Below the pieces are notes generated by a model. The model searched no databases. It saw only the letters and a program-made list of their open reading frames with translations, and had not been told where the DNA came from. A program made the translations under genes and the position numbers. A stretch of 64,000 nt of DNA from Deltaproteobacteria bacterium (GTDB lineage Bacteria; Myxococcota; Kuafuiibacteriia; Kuafuiibacteriales; Kuafuiibacteriaceae). Below, one piece after another: positions 37,533 to 48,467 of the stretch. Every line of letters starts with the position of its first letter. Positions within the stretch are counted from its first letter, which is position 1. The stretch lies in assembly GCA_040218735.1 (NCBI GenBank), contig JAVJQW010000047.1, positions 79,934-143,933 on the forward strand. The letters run 5' to 3'.

Positions 37533-39575
37533 TCATTCCTCGACGACACAAAGATAGAACTTGTTGTTCGAGTGATCCAGAATTTGCAGCTTGTCGCGTT
37601 TATCCGGGGACAGGACGCTCTTGAGCGTGTGGAACCGCGACTGCTCCGTGATGATGAACTCCCGGCCGGGCTTGTCCACCAGGGCCCGGATGCGCTCGTT
37701 CGCGCCCGCCTCCTTCACCTGTAGCACCCGATTTCGGCTGTAGAACGTCTCTCCGCGCCAGTTGAGCTGGTACGCGTAGATCGGCTCGTCGCCCTGCCTC
37801 TCATCGAAGTACGTCTCGAACAGGTAAGCCTGCCCCCAGTGCGGCGACAGGTAGTTGAAGTGGTGGTGGGACACCCAGGCGCCGAACACGGCCGCCAAGG
37901 CCGCGAACGCCAGCATCGTCTGGCCCCGGCGCCGCAGCAGGAAGGTCAGGCCCATGGCCACGCTCGCGACGGTCACCAGCGTGGACAGGAACGGCCGCGC
38001 GTTCACCGTCCGCGGGTAGGCCCGGGTGTAGTCGTACGTGAAGAGGTTCACGAGGTGCTGCGGGGTGTTGATCAGGTCCCGCGCCACCACCGCGAAGATC
38101 GCCGCGACGATGACGATCCCGTAGCCCGCGAAGCGCTCGTCCGGGTCCTCGGCGGCCCAGACGAACCAGTAACCCACCATGATCGCGAGCGGCGGGAGCG
38201 CCGGCAGGATGTAGTGGTGGAACTTCGTCTGCGACATCGTCATCAGCACGAAGGTCAGCAGCGCCCACAGCAGCACGAACAGCCGCGTGCGCTTGGCGGA
38301 GAGGGTCTCGTCGGTGTCGGCGCCGCGCGCAGCGAGGCCCAGCGAAGCCGGGATCACCGCGACCCACGGGAACATCCCGTACGCGATCTGCTCGATGTAG
38401 TAGCCGATCCCGCCGCGATCGCCGTGCACGCCGACGCCGATGCGCCCGAAGACGTCGTGCAGCCAGAAGCGCTGGACGAACGTCTTCCCCTCGGAGTCCC
38501 GCCCGCCGAAGAACGACATCGTCAGGTACCAGGGCGACGCGATCAGCAGGTAGAGGAACGCGCCCGCGTAGACCTTGCTCCTCAGCAGCACACGCCAGTC
38601 GCCCGAGAACACCATGTACAGGACGACCGTCGCCCCCACGATGCCGAGCGGCAGCGGCCCCTTCGCGAGGCTCGCCAACCCCACCAGCACGTAGAAGCCA
38701 GCGAGGTAGGTGTCGCGCTTCGAGCCGAGGACCGCGATGTAGAAGACAAACGCCAGCCCTAGGATGCCCGCGACCACCAGCCCGACGATGTACATCCCGG
38801 CGGACTGCTCGCGCCCAATCGCGATGAGCTGCGGCACGAGCGCGAGGATGATCCCGCCCGCCGCGAGGCCCCGCTCACGCATCGTCGCGGGGCGGTCCTC
38901 GTCGGGGTCGAACACCGCAAGGCAGAACAGCGCCATCCCGGCGGTCATCGGGCCGACGAAGGCCATGTCGACCATCGCCTGCTTGCCGATGAAGATGAAC
39001 TGCGCCGACGAGCCGAGCACCAGCGCGCCCATCACGCCGGAGACCTTGTCGCGCATCTGGCGGCCGACCACGTAGACGCCCCACATCCCCGCGATCGCGC
39101 ACAGCGCGAAGGGCGTGCGCACGCCCCACTCCACGAGGCTACCGAGCGGCGCGCCGACCGGGCCGGAGTCGGCGCCGACCACCCACATGCCGAACGCCAT
39201 CATCCACATCGGGAGCGCGGGCTTGGAGAAGAAGTACGCGCTCTCCCAGTGCGGGTAGACGAAGTCGTCGCGGACGAGCATCTCGCGGGCGACCTCGGCG
39301 TAGTGCGTCTCCCACGGGTCCCAGAGGCTGACGGAGCCCAGGAACGGGATGAACACGAGGAACCCGAGGGTCAGCGCGGCGAGGAGGCCGTGCCGCTCGG
39401 TGGGGAGCTTGGCGCGCAGGAACACGAGCCAGTCCGCGGGGTTCGGGGACGCGGGGTTCGGCGCCGCGGGGGCCTTCGCCTCCGGAGCCTTTTCCTCCGC
39501 GGCCTCGGGCTTCGATTCCGTCTCGTCGGCCGCATCGGCGGCGGTTGCCTTGTTCGACTTCTTCGCCTTCGCCAC
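37533..39575 (-). CDS. ArnT/GT39-family polytopic glycosyltransferase
   Basis: WE..YAEVAREM, KP.L..W, LAKG and K..HYILP motifs; many TM helices. Confidence 0.85.
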   Translation of the reverse strand: MAKAKKSNKATAADAADETESKPEAAEEKAPEAKAPAAPNPASPNPADWLVFLRAKLPTERHGLLAALTLGFLVFIPFLGSVSLWDPWETHYAEVAREMLVRDDFVYPHWESAYFFSKPALPMWMMAFGMWVVGADSGPVGAPLGSLVEWGVRTPFALCAIAGMWGVYVVGRQMRDKVSGVMGALVLGSSAQFIFIGKQAMVDMAFVGPMTAGMALFCLAVFDPDEDRPATMRERGLAAGGIILALVPQLIAIGREQSAGMYIVGLVVAGILGLAFVFYIAVLGSKRDTYLAGFYVLVGLASLAKGPLPLGIVGATVVLYMVFSGDWRVLLRSKVYAGAFLYLLIASPWYLTMSFFGGRDSEGKTFVQRFWLHDVFGRIGVGVHGDRGGIGYYIEQIAYGMFPWVAVIPASLGLAARGADTDETLSAKRTRLFVLLWALLTFVLMTMSQTKFHHYILPALPPLAIMVGYWFVWAAEDPDERFAGYGIVIVAAIFAVVARDLINTPQHLVNLFTYDYTRAYPRTVNARPFLSTLVTVASVAMGLTFLLRRRGQTMLAFAALAAVFGAWVSHHHFNYLSPHWGQAYLFETYFDERQGDEPIYAYQLNWRGETFYSRNRVLQVKEAGANERIRALVDKPGREFIITEQSRFHTLKSVLSPDKRDKLQILDHSNNKFYLCVVEE

Positions 39576-39679
39576 GGCCGCTCCGCCCTGATGCGATGTA
39601 CGCGCATATCCGCGTATCGGGCCGGCGGAAGTTAGGTTTTGGCCCGAGAGGTGTCAATGTCAGTATCATTTGGCGCTTT

Positions 39680-42600
39680 ATGAACCGCGCCGCCACTGGG
39701 GGCCTCGCCCTCGCGCTCCTCACACTCCTCGGGTGCGGCCGAGACGTGCTCGGCACCGGGGGCCAGAAGACCAACGAGCTGCGCATCCGGCCGGGGACGT
39801 TCGACCTCTACATCGGACAATCCTTCACGTTCGACGTGCTGCGCGTGAACGGCGCCGAGGAGACGAGCCTCCTCGGGGCCGAAGACCTCGCGCTGACCTC
39901 CAAGACCGAGGTCGTCACCGTCGGTAAGGATGGGAAGGGCACCGCGGTCGGCGCGGGCACGAGCTCCATCGCGGCGAGTTACCTCGGCCTCACCGGCGTC
40001 GCCTCCGCCACGGTCCGCAACGCGACACTCGACGCGATCGCGGTGACGCCGCCGATGGCCACCGTGGAAGTCGGCGGCACGCAGGCGCTGCAGGTCGTCG
40101 GCACGCTGAGCGACGGGAGCACGATCGACCTGACCGCCGCGGCGACCGGAACGCAGTACACCTCGTCGAGCCCCGAGGTCGCGACGGTGTCGGCGGGCGG
40201 CATCGTCACCGGCGTCGCGGGCGGCGAAGCGACGATCCAGGTCACCCACGACGGCCTCACGGCGCTCGCGACGATCCAGGTGCCGGGCGAGACGCAGAAG
40301 CTCGTCGCGATCGAGATTCGTCCGGCTTCGCTGCAGATGGCGGTCGGCGAAAACGCGCAGCTCGAGGTGATCGGTACGTTCGAGAGCGGCGGGACGTTCA
40401 ACCTGTTGCTCGACCCCGCGACCTACCCGCTCGCGCTGAGCGCTTCGGATCCGAACGTCGCGTCGATCAATATCGAAGGCGTCGTGCAGGCGCGCGCGCC
40501 GGGCATCTCGATCGTGCAGGCGCAGATCGACGGGCTGGTGGCGGTCGCGGACGTCGAGGTGCGCAGCGACGCGGAGCTGATCGACCTGATCGTCCCGCGC
40601 TCCGTCGTGGTGGCCCCCGGCGAGTCGGCGCCCGTGCGGGTCATCGGCCTGTTCTCGGACGGCTCCACCGCCGACATCACGATCGGCGCGGGGACCGGCT
40701 ACCAGATCATCGACACCCGCTTCGCGACCGTGACCGCGGCGGGCGTCGTCACGGGCGTGCGCGAGGGTCGGACAACGTTGATCGTCACGAACGGTCCGCT
40801 GACGCGCGACGTGCTCGTGGAGATCGACGAGGGTCGTGTGCTCGAGCGGCTGCTCGTCACGCCGCCGGCCATCACGATGCAGGTCAACGACGTCGTCCGA
40901 CTGCAGGTCACGGCGGTCTACTCGGACGGCTCGCAGACCGACGTCACCGGGTCGGCGATGTACCGGACCTCGCCCAACGCACCGGTCGCGGTGTCGACGA
41001 ACGGGTTCGTGCTCGGCCTGACGCCCGGCACCGGGAACATCGAGGTCTCCTTCGGCGGCATCGCGACGAACGTTCGCGTGGTCGTCGGTACGGCGCAGGT
41101 CATCGCCATCGAGATCAACCCGCCGGTCATCGACGTCCCCGAGGGCGACATCTTCCCGGTCGTCGTCGTCGCGTTCTTCGCGGACGGCACGGCGATGGAC
41201 GTCACCTTCGATCCCGGCACGCAGTACATCGTCGACGACCCGATGATCGCGCAGCACGACGGTGCCGCTGCGATCCTCGGGCTCAGCGCCGGCGAGACCA
41301 CACTCCGCGTGACCTTCGGCGGCGTCACGGGGACCGCGCCGATCATCGTGCTGCCGTCGATGCAGCAGCTCGTCGGCATCACGCTCAACGCGCCCAACAC
41401 GATCCCGCTCGGCCAGCGGCGGCCCTACACCGTGACCGCGCAGTTCTCGGACGGGAGCACGCAGAACGTGACGTCGATGGCATCCGTGCAGTCCTCGGCG
41501 CCGTCCATCGTCCGCGCGACGACCGGTGTCCTCACCGCGCTGAACCCGGGCAGCGCGACGATCAGCGTGTTCTTCATGGGCTTCGGCGACACCCGCGTCG
41601 TGCAGGTGACGTCGGTGAACGACCCGGTGGTGTCGATCTTCTGGTCGGTGCCGTCCGTGACGGTGCCCGTGAACGGCTCCGAGTTCGTCGAGCTGCTCGG
41701 CACGACGGCGTCGGGTGCGACGGTGAACCTGTCGAACGACCCGGCGGTGGTCATTGGCATCTCCGGCGGCATCAACGTCGCGCCGGCGCCGAACGCGTTC
41801 CTGATCACCGGCGTGACGAACGGACCGGCGCAGGTCACGGCGACGTTCAACGGCCTCGTCGCGACGCTCCCTGTCACGGTGACCGGCGGGACGACGGTGA
41901 TCGGTTTGCAGATCATCGCGCCCGCCACGCTGCCGGCGGGGACGACGGGGCAGCTGTTCGTGTTGGCGTTCTTCTCGGACGGCAACGTCCAGGACGTCAC
42001 GAACGATCCGGGCCTCACCATCACGACGATGGGCGGCGCGGTCGCGACGATGGGCTCGCTCATCATCGCGGTGCAGCCGGGGACGGGCACGATCCAGGCG
42101 TCCTTCGGCGGGGAGACGAGCTCCGTTCAGATCATCGTCACGATGGGCAACGACCCGGTCGTCTCGCTCGAGTTCGTGCCTCCGTCGCTGTCCCTCGGCG
42201 TCGGTGAGTCGGCGACGGTGCAGCTGTTCGCGACGCTGATGTCGGGCGCGGTCGTCGACGTCACGTTCGATCCGAACGTCAACTACAACGCGATGGGCCC
42301 GATCGACGGTATCCCGCAGGGCGGTGCCCTCCTGATCACCGGCCTGAGCCCGGGCATGGCGCAGCTGACGGCGTCGCTCGGCGGCCAGACGGCGCAGCTG
42401 CCGATCACGATCAGCAACTCGAACCCCACGGTCGTCGGCCTCATCCTGAACGCGCCGCCGAACCTCGACATGGGGATCCCGGCGACCTACCGGGTCATCG
42501 CGCAGTTCTCGGACGGCACGTCGGCGGACGTCACGAACGATCCGGGCGTGATGGTGTTCGTGCAGAACCCGATGATCTTCACCGCGGCGAACGGCGTGCT

Positions 42601-44710
42601 GACGCCGGTGTCGGTGGGGACGACGGGGCTCGGCGTCACGTTCATGGGTTTCGCGGCGATGCGGCAGATCACCGTGAACCCCAACAACAACCCGGTCATC
42701 GGGCTGCAGTGGGTGCCGGGGTCGCTGAACATCCCGGTCGGCCAGACGCAGAGCGCGCAGCTGTTTGGCGTGCGGATGGCGGGGCCGCCGATCGACCTGT
42801 CGCAGAACCCGGGCACCTCGTACACGACGACCGGCCCGATCACGATCGCCCCCGCGGTCGCGTTCGGCATGGACGTCACCGGCAACGCGTCGGGCGCCGC
42901 GACGGTGGAAGCTTCGTTCGGCGGGTTCTCCGCGACGCTGCAGGTCACGGTCGGCGCGGGCCGTACGTTGGTCGGCATCCGCGTCGAGCCCGCGACGAAC
43001 CTCAACCTCAACGTCGGCCAGACGCAGCAGCTCACGGTGATCGGTCTGTACAGCGACGGTACCGAGGAGACGGAGACCGGCGCGATCTTCCTGAGCTCGG
43101 ATCCGGGCATCGCTTCGGTGAGCCCGACGGGTCTGGTCACAGCCGTGTCCGGCGGTCAGGCGGGTGTGCTCGTGCAGCTCGGCGCGTTCGCGGACGTGGT
43201 GACGGTGAACGTCTCCTCGCCGGCGCCGATCATCATGTCGGTCAACCCGGACACGATCGCGACGGGTTCACCGACGACGCCGATCGCCGTGCTCGGCGCG
43301 AACTTCTCGCCGAGTGACACGATTCGCTTCAATGGATCGCCGCGACCCACCACGTTCGTGAACCCCGGGCGGCTGAACGGCGCCGTGCCCGCGGGCCTTC
43401 TCGCGAACCCGGGCACCATCACCGTGGACGTCTCGGGCCCGAACGGCGTGTCGAACGCGGTGACGATCCAGGTCGGCGACGCACCGAACATCACCAGCTT
43501 CTCACCGTCGAGTGTGATCGCGGGGAGCTCCGTCGAGGTCATCGCGGTGGGCTCGGGTCTGACCGGGCTGTCGTTCAACGCACCCGCGGGCCTCACGGTC
43601 ACGCTGATCAGCAGCGCGCCCGACGGCTCGTCGGCGCGGTTCCTCGTCGCGGCCGCGTCGAACATGATGGAGGGTGGGTACTCGATCGGCGTGTCGAACG
43701 CGTTCGGCACGGACACGATCATCATGGTGGTCCGCGCGCAGACGGGCCTGCCGAACCTCACCGTGACGAACGGGCAGACGATCACGCTCTCCGGCACCAA
43801 CGCGTTCAACACGATCACGGTGCAGACCGGCGGGCGCATCAACGGCGTCGGCAACGAGCCGCTGGCGCTCATCGCGTCGGGCGGCATCACGATCCGCGGC
43901 ACGATCGACGTCTCGGGCAACGACGGCGGCCCCGGCTTCACGGACCCGGCGGCGGGCGGCTCGGCCGGCCCCGGCGGCGCGGGTGGCGGCGGCGGCGGCG
44001 ACGGCAACGCACCCACCGGCGGCGTAGGCGGCGCGGGTGCGCCCACCGGCTTCAACGGCAGCGGCGGAAGCGGCGCGGGCACGCCGGCCGGTGACGGCGG
44101 TGGCGCCGGCGGCGGCGTGGGCGCCGCGGGCGGCTGCGGCGAAGGCGGCGGCGGCGGCGCGCTCGGTGGCGCGGGCGGCGACGGCGGCGGCGACATGGGC
44201 AACGGCAGCGGCGCGCCCGGCGGCATCCCCGGTCAGGGCTCGACGTTCTTCGCCGGCACCGGCGGCGGCGGCGCGACGACGTGCGGCAACAACTCCGGCG
44301 GCGGCGGCGGCGGCGGTGGCGGCTCGCTCATCCTGCAGTCGGCGTTCGGCGGGACGATCCTCGTCGACGGCGCGATCATCGCGGACGGCGGCGACGGCGG
44401 CGACGGGTTCTCCGGCACCGGCGGCGGCGGCGGCGGGTCCGGCGGTCGCGTGGAGATCCGCGCGCCCGGCGGCAACATCATCGTCAACGACACGATCGCG
44501 GCGCGCGGCGGAAGCGGCGGCAACGCCGACTTCGGCGACACCGGCGGCGGCGGTGGCGGTGGCGTGATCATCGTGACGGCGGTGCCCGGTGGCACGGTAA
44601 GCGCGGCGCTCGGGTTGTTGCAGACGTCGGGTGGCGCGTCCGGCATGTCGCTCGGCGGCGGGTTCTCCGGGACGGCCGGCGGCGCGGGTGTGGAGCAGGT
44701 GCTCCCCTGA
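39680..44710 (+). CDS. large lipoprotein adhesin: tandem Big_2-type Ig domains, IPT-like domains and Gly-rich C-terminus
   Basis: Lipobox LLGC; more than 10 repeats of about 90 aa with FSDG...DVT and SS.P.VA.V motifs. Confidence 0.8.
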   Translation: MNRAATGGLALALLTLLGCGRDVLGTGGQKTNELRIRPGTFDLYIGQSFTFDVLRVNGAEETSLLGAEDLALTSKTEVVTVGKDGKGTAVGAGTSSIAASYLGLTGVASATVRNATLDAIAVTPPMATVEVGGTQALQVVGTLSDGSTIDLTAAATGTQYTSSSPEVATVSAGGIVTGVAGGEATIQVTHDGLTALATIQVPGETQKLVAIEIRPASLQMAVGENAQLEVIGTFESGGTFNLLLDPATYPLALSASDPNVASINIEGVVQARAPGISIVQAQIDGLVAVADVEVRSDAELIDLIVPRSVVVAPGESAPVRVIGLFSDGSTADITIGAGTGYQIIDTRFATVTAAGVVTGVREGRTTLIVTNGPLTRDVLVEIDEGRVLERLLVTPPAITMQVNDVVRLQVTAVYSDGSQTDVTGSAMYRTSPNAPVAVSTNGFVLGLTPGTGNIEVSFGGIATNVRVVVGTAQVIAIEINPPVIDVPEGDIFPVVVVAFFADGTAMDVTFDPGTQYIVDDPMIAQHDGAAAILGLSAGETTLRVTFGGVTGTAPIIVLPSMQQLVGITLNAPNTIPLGQRRPYTVTAQFSDGSTQNVTSMASVQSSAPSIVRATTGVLTALNPGSATISVFFMGFGDTRVVQVTSVNDPVVSIFWSVPSVTVPVNGSEFVELLGTTASGATVNLSNDPAVVIGISGGINVAPAPNAFLITGVTNGPAQVTATFNGLVATLPVTVTGGTTVIGLQIIAPATLPAGTTGQLFVLAFFSDGNVQDVTNDPGLTITTMGGAVATMGSLIIAVQPGTGTIQASFGGETSSVQIIVTMGNDPVVSLEFVPPSLSLGVGESATVQLFATLMSGAVVDVTFDPNVNYNAMGPIDGIPQGGALLITGLSPGMAQLTASLGGQTAQLPITISNSNPTVVGLILNAPPNLDMGIPATYRVIAQFSDGTSADVTNDPGVMVFVQNPMIFTAANGVLTPVSVGTTGLGVTFMGFAAMRQITVNPNNNPVIGLQWVPGSLNIPVGQTQSAQLFGVRMAGPPIDLSQNPGTSYTTTGPITIAPAVAFGMDVTGNASGAATVEASFGGFSATLQVTVGAGRTLVGIRVEPATNLNLNVGQTQQLTVIGLYSDGTEETETGAIFLSSDPGIASVSPTGLVTAVSGGQAGVLVQLGAFADVVTVNVSSPAPIIMSVNPDTIATGSPTTPIAVLGANFSPSDTIRFNGSPRPTTFVNPGRLNGAVPAGLLANPGTITVDVSGPNGVSNAVTIQVGDAPNITSFSPSSVIAGSSVEVIAVGSGLTGLSFNAPAGLTVTLISSAPDGSSARFLVAAASNMMEGGYSIGVSNAFGTDTIIMVVRAQTGLPNLTVTNGQTITLSGTNAFNTITVQTGGRINGVGNEPLALIASGGITIRGTIDVSGNDGGPGFTDPAAGGSAGPGGAGGGGGGDGNAPTGGVGGAGAPTGFNGSGGSGAGTPAGDGGGAGGGVGAAGGCGEGGGGGALGGAGGDGGGDMGNGSGAPGGIPGQGSTFFAGTGGGGATTCGNNSGGGGGGGGGSLILQSAFGGTILVDGAIIADGGDGGDGFSGTGGGGGGSGGRVEIRAPGGNIIVNDTIAARGGSGGNADFGDTGGGGGGGVIIVTAVPGGTVSAALGLLQTSGGASGMSLGGGFSGTAGGAGVEQVLP

Positions 44711-46348
44711 TCACAGGCGCCGCATCAAGTTGAACGCGCCGAGCGGCTCGGCTGCCGCGGCGCACAACACACCGCCCATCATCGCGCCGATCACCCCGAC
44801 CGTCGCGACCTCGCTCCCGGACATGAACAGCCCGTCGATCGGCGAGCGCGGTCGAAGCCACGGGTTCTCGAAGCGCTCCGGCGTCGGCTCCAACCCGTAG
44901 ATCGATCCGGCCATCGGGCGGACGAAGTGATCCGTCGACAGCGGCGTCGAGAGCTCGGCGTAGTCGATCATCGGCTCGAGCTCGGGCATGTGTTCGAGGA
45001 GCTGTCGCTTCAACCGCTCCGCGAGGACGTCCTTGAAGGCGTCGTAGTCCTCGCCGCGTTTCTTCCAGTCGGTGTCCTTCCAGCGCTCGAAGTCCTCCCA
45101 CGGGATGAAGGTGACGACCTCGCCGGTGTGGCGCAGCTCGGGGCCGGGGTCGTGCGTCGGATCCTTCAGGGACGGGAAGCTCGTGTAGAGGATCGGCGCG
45201 GGCCCGGGGTTCATCGGGTCTTCTATGCGCCACGTCTCCGCCTCGGAGCTCCATACCTCGTAGAACCACTTGTTCGCGGCGGTGGCGCCGGCCTCCCGGA
45301 TGTCGCCCTTGAAGCCGAGGTACAGGCACACGTGCGCGGGCGCGGGCGGGAGCTTCTCGATCCCGCGGCTCCACTGCGCGTCGCGGTGTTCGGGGGGGAG
45401 CAGTCGCGTGACGGTCGACTGCACGCCCGCCGCGCTCACGACGCGCTTGGCGCGCGCGGTGCGGCCGTCGGTGAGGCGAACGCCGACGGCGCGTCCGCCC
45501 TCGATCAGGATCTGCTCGACGTCGCCGTTGACGACGGTCCACCCGCCGGCGTCCGCGACGGTCTTCAGGAGGCCGCGCGCGATCTCCTGCGAACCACCGA
45601 CCGGATAGTAACCGCCCCACATGAAGTGCTTCGCGACGAGCGCCTGCATCGCGAACGAAGAACGCGCCGGCGGCGAGCCGTAGTAGCCCCACTGCGACGT
45701 GAGGATGATGCGGAGACGTTCGTCGTCGGTGAGGCCGTCGACGATCTCCTTCGTCGACTGCGTGAGGTACTTCTGCGCGCGCCGCGCGATCGTGCGATCG
45801 AGGAGCGGCGCGAGGCGGTTCGGGGTCGTGCGCGCGACGTAGTAGTTCTTCATCGCCGCGGCGACGTCGCGCACGACGTCGAGGTAGCGATCGATCGACG
45901 CCTCCTGATCCGGGAACGCTTCGATCAAGTTCGCGCGGAACTGTTGCGGCGAGTCGGGGAAGTCGATTCGAAACCCTTCGGGGTAGTGGAACTCGTCGTA
46001 GACCGGGCCGAGCGAGCGCCACTCGAGGCCGCCGGTCAGCTGGGCGAGGAGGCGCCCGGTCATCGAGTGCGGCGTGACCTCACCGACCGCGTGTACGCCG
46101 ACGTCCCATCTGTACCCCTTTCGTCGGAAGGTGTGGGTGAAGCCGCCCGGGACGTAGTGCTGTTCGAGCACGAGGACGCGACGGCCGAGCTTCGCGAGGA
46201 ATGCGGCCGTGGTCATGCCCCCCATTCCAGATCCGATGACGATGTCGTCGTAGGCGCCATCCGGGAGCGTCTTGCTCCAGAACTGCGGTCGTTTGCCTTG
46301 GTGTCGTCGCAGATCGCTCATCGCGTGGGGTGTGCCTTTGTCCCGCAT
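44711..46348 (-). CDS. phytoene desaturase / retinol saturase family FAD oxidoreductase
   Basis: IGSGMGG, LEQH..PGG..H.F, D.GVH and STPLS...GSIYG motifs. Confidence 0.85.
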   Translation of the reverse strand: MRDKGTPHAMSDLRRHQGKRPQFWSKTLPDGAYDDIVIGSGMGGMTTAAFLAKLGRRVLVLEQHYVPGGFTHTFRRKGYRWDVGVHAVGEVTPHSMTGRLLAQLTGGLEWRSLGPVYDEFHYPEGFRIDFPDSPQQFRANLIEAFPDQEASIDRYLDVVRDVAAAMKNYYVARTTPNRLAPLLDRTIARRAQKYLTQSTKEIVDGLTDDERLRIILTSQWGYYGSPPARSSFAMQALVAKHFMWGGYYPVGGSQEIARGLLKTVADAGGWTVVNGDVEQILIEGGRAVGVRLTDGRTARAKRVVSAAGVQSTVTRLLPPEHRDAQWSRGIEKLPPAPAHVCLYLGFKGDIREAGATAANKWFYEVWSSEAETWRIEDPMNPGPAPILYTSFPSLKDPTHDPGPELRHTGEVVTFIPWEDFERWKDTDWKKRGEDYDAFKDVLAERLKRQLLEHMPELEPMIDYAELSTPLSTDHFVRPMAGSIYGLEPTPERFENPWLRPRSPIDGLFMSGSEVATVGVIGAMMGGVLCAAAAEPLGAFNLMRRL

Positions 46349-46505
46349 GGCGCACGTCCCGCCAAGCGGATCGCGGGTCGGAAAAATGCGCGAGGGGGGC
46401 AGATGCCGAATCGGGAGGCGTAGTAGGTTTCAGCCCGAGGCGACCAACGACGGTCGCGCTCGAACGAGGCGGCCCCGGGGGGCGCGCCGGGGAGGAACGA
46501 ATCAT

Positions 46506-46859
46506 ATGAACGACGGCGGCGGAGGCATCGCGGCAGCCATTGGTGGACTCATCTACCTCGCAATCATCATCGGGGTGATCGCGGGGATGTGGAAGATCTT
46601 CGCGAAGGCTGGGAAGCCCGGTTGGGCGGCGATCGTCCCGATCTACAACATCATCGTGATGCTGGAGATCACCGAGAAGCCCATCTGGTGGGTCGTCCTC
46701 TTCCTGATCCCGATCGTGAGCATCGTCGCCGCGGTCCTGATCATGATCGGACTCGCCGAGAAGTTCGGTAAGGGTGCAGGCTTCGGGATCGGAATGGCGT
46801 TCCTACCCTTCATCTTCATCCCGATGCTCGGCTTCGGGTCGGCCCAGTACCAGGGCTGA
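46506..46859 (+). CDS. small membrane protein (DUF5684-like)
   Basis: WKIF.KAG.PGWAAIVPIYN...FGK..GF motif; GGAGG upstream. Confidence 0.82.
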   Translation: MNDGGGGIAAAIGGLIYLAIIIGVIAGMWKIFAKAGKPGWAAIVPIYNIIVMLEITEKPIWWVVLFLIPIVSIVAAVLIMIGLAEKFGKGAGFGIGMAFLPFIFIPMLGFGSAQYQG

Positions 46860-46867
46860 ATCGAGAC

Positions 46868-46893
46868 GCGCTCCCGCGGCCCCGCGGGAGCGC
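46868..46893. terminator. GC hairpin between convergent genes
   Basis: GCGCTCCCGCG-gccc-CGCGGGAGCGC, 11-bp stem; no U-tract. Confidence 0.45.
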
Positions 46894-46910
46894 TGCGCTC
46901 AGAGCACCGC

Positions 46911-48467
46911 TCAGAGCGACCTCAAGAACGCGACCAAGTCGACCTTGTCCTGTCGGGCGAGGTCGCAGGTCATTTCGTGCCCCGCCGTCGATAGCGCATC
47001 CGCGGTCGTCGAAGTGCGTGGGCCATCCAAACAGAACAGCTCGTCGAGTGAGCCGAGGCTTCCGTTGTGGAGGAACCGACCGTGCGCCCAGATCCCCGCG
47101 AGCCGCGGCGACTTGATCGCGTGCGTGAGCTCGGTGCTCCCGTCACCGAGGCCGCAGCAAGGCTGACCCGTCAGCTCCGGATCGCCCCAGTACATCATCG
47201 CGTCGTCCGTCCCGATCTCCTCGAAGGTGTACGTCGTCGTCCCGGAGCCGCGCGGTCCCGAGTGACAGTCGGCGCAGCCGTGCGTGGCGAACGCATCGCG
47301 ACCGCGGCGCACCGCGGAGGCGTCCGGCGGCGTGAGCGGCTCGGGCGAGCGCAACGAGAAGATGTAATCGCGGAGCGGTTCGAGGCGTTCGGGCGGCCAG
47401 TCTTCGGGCGGACCGCCGCCGATCTTCACGAAGCCGTCGAGGAACGACTCGAGCGACTGCGCCCCGCCGGTCCACGCGAGCATCGCGTGCGGCATCCCGT
47501 AGGCCTGTTGCTCCGCGGGCTCCGGCAGATCCCACAGCGGGAGGATCTTGCTGACGGTGTGCACGCCGTCGTCGAGCGGGAGCGGCGCGATGAGGAAGTC
47601 CATCGTCCCGGCCGGCCAGCTCGCGTACCAGCCCTCCATCTCGTAGGTGAACGTGGGTTGGTTCGCCTGGCCGAGGAGCGGGAGGAGCTCGAGCAGCAGG
47701 CGGATGCGGAGCGCGCGATCGGCTTCGAGGCGATCCACCATCGGCTGCACCTTCGCGAGCGCCGCGGGGTGGTGCTCCGCCGGGTCGAAGCTCGGGCTGA
47801 CCGTCTGGGGCATCACGGCGATCGCGAGGATCTGCTTCCCATACTCGAAGCGGTGATTGGCGGCGCCGACGGCGTAGCGACCGTCGGGGAGCTGGCCGAA
47901 GTGGCACGCGGCGCACGTGTAGACGAGCGACTCGACGCTCCCGAGCGGCGGGCCGGGCGAGAGGCCGAGCGGACGCGACTCGGTGGAGTAGGGATCGGGG
48001 ACCATCCCGAGGCGCTCGAACCCGGCGCCGATCTCGTTCGGGAAGTTCTGCGTCGCGAAGTCGACGAGCGGCGCGGGGACCCCGCCGGTGTCGAAGTCCT
48101 CGTAGAAGAACATCGACTTGCCGCACATCAGCTTCTTGCGGCGGTCGGTCGGGTCCGCTTCCCAACGATCACATGCGCCGTCGAGCGCGCCGTTCTCGAG
48201 GAGCGCTTCGATGTCGGCGGAGACGTTGGTGAGGCCCTCCGAGGTGTCGGGGAGCTCGGCGAACGGATCGAGCGCGACCCCCGCGTCGTCTGGGGCGTCA
48301 CCGCCGTCGGCGACCTCGTTGGGACCGGCGTCGCGATCCGCAGCGACCTCCGACCCCGCGTCGCGACCCGAAGGAATTTCGAACCCCGCGTCTCGGTCGG
48401 CGGTGGAAGTGGGGCTCGCCCCACTGCAGGCCGACAGAAGTCCCAGGAAAACCAGCGCGCGCCTCAA
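46911..48467 (-). CDS. di-heme c-type cytochrome lipoprotein (CCP/MauG/RoxA-like)
   Basis: Lipobox LSAC; CAACH and CADCH; P.L.GIW...FLHNGS...L. Confidence 0.78.
   Translation of the reverse strand: MRRALVFLGLLSACSGASPTSTADRDAGFEIPSGRDAGSEVAADRDAGPNEVADGGDAPDDAGVALDPFAELPDTSEGLTNVSADIEALLENGALDGACDRWEADPTDRRKKLMCGKSMFFYEDFDTGGVPAPLVDFATQNFPNEIGAGFERLGMVPDPYSTESRPLGLSPGPPLGSVESLVYTCAACHFGQLPDGRYAVGAANHRFEYGKQILAIAVMPQTVSPSFDPAEHHPAALAKVQPMVDRLEADRALRIRLLLELLPLLGQANQPTFTYEMEGWYASWPAGTMDFLIAPLPLDDGVHTVSKILPLWDLPEPAEQQAYGMPHAMLAWTGGAQSLESFLDGFVKIGGGPPEDWPPERLEPLRDYIFSLRSPEPLTPPDASAVRRGRDAFATHGCADCHSGPRGSGTTTYTFEEIGTDDAMMYWGDPELTGQPCCGLGDGSTELTHAIKSPRLAGIWAHGRFLHNGSLGSLDELFCLDGPRTSTTADALSTAGHEMTCDLARQDKVDLVAFLRSL

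Noticed and set aside
43900-44700. Gly-rich tract as collagen or a DNA-level repeat element
   Set aside because: No Gly-X-Y periodicity; it is the in-frame C-terminal domain of the adhesin
44711-46348. Carotenoid biosynthesis cluster (crtI)
   Set aside because: No crtB or crtE nearby; only family-level similarity
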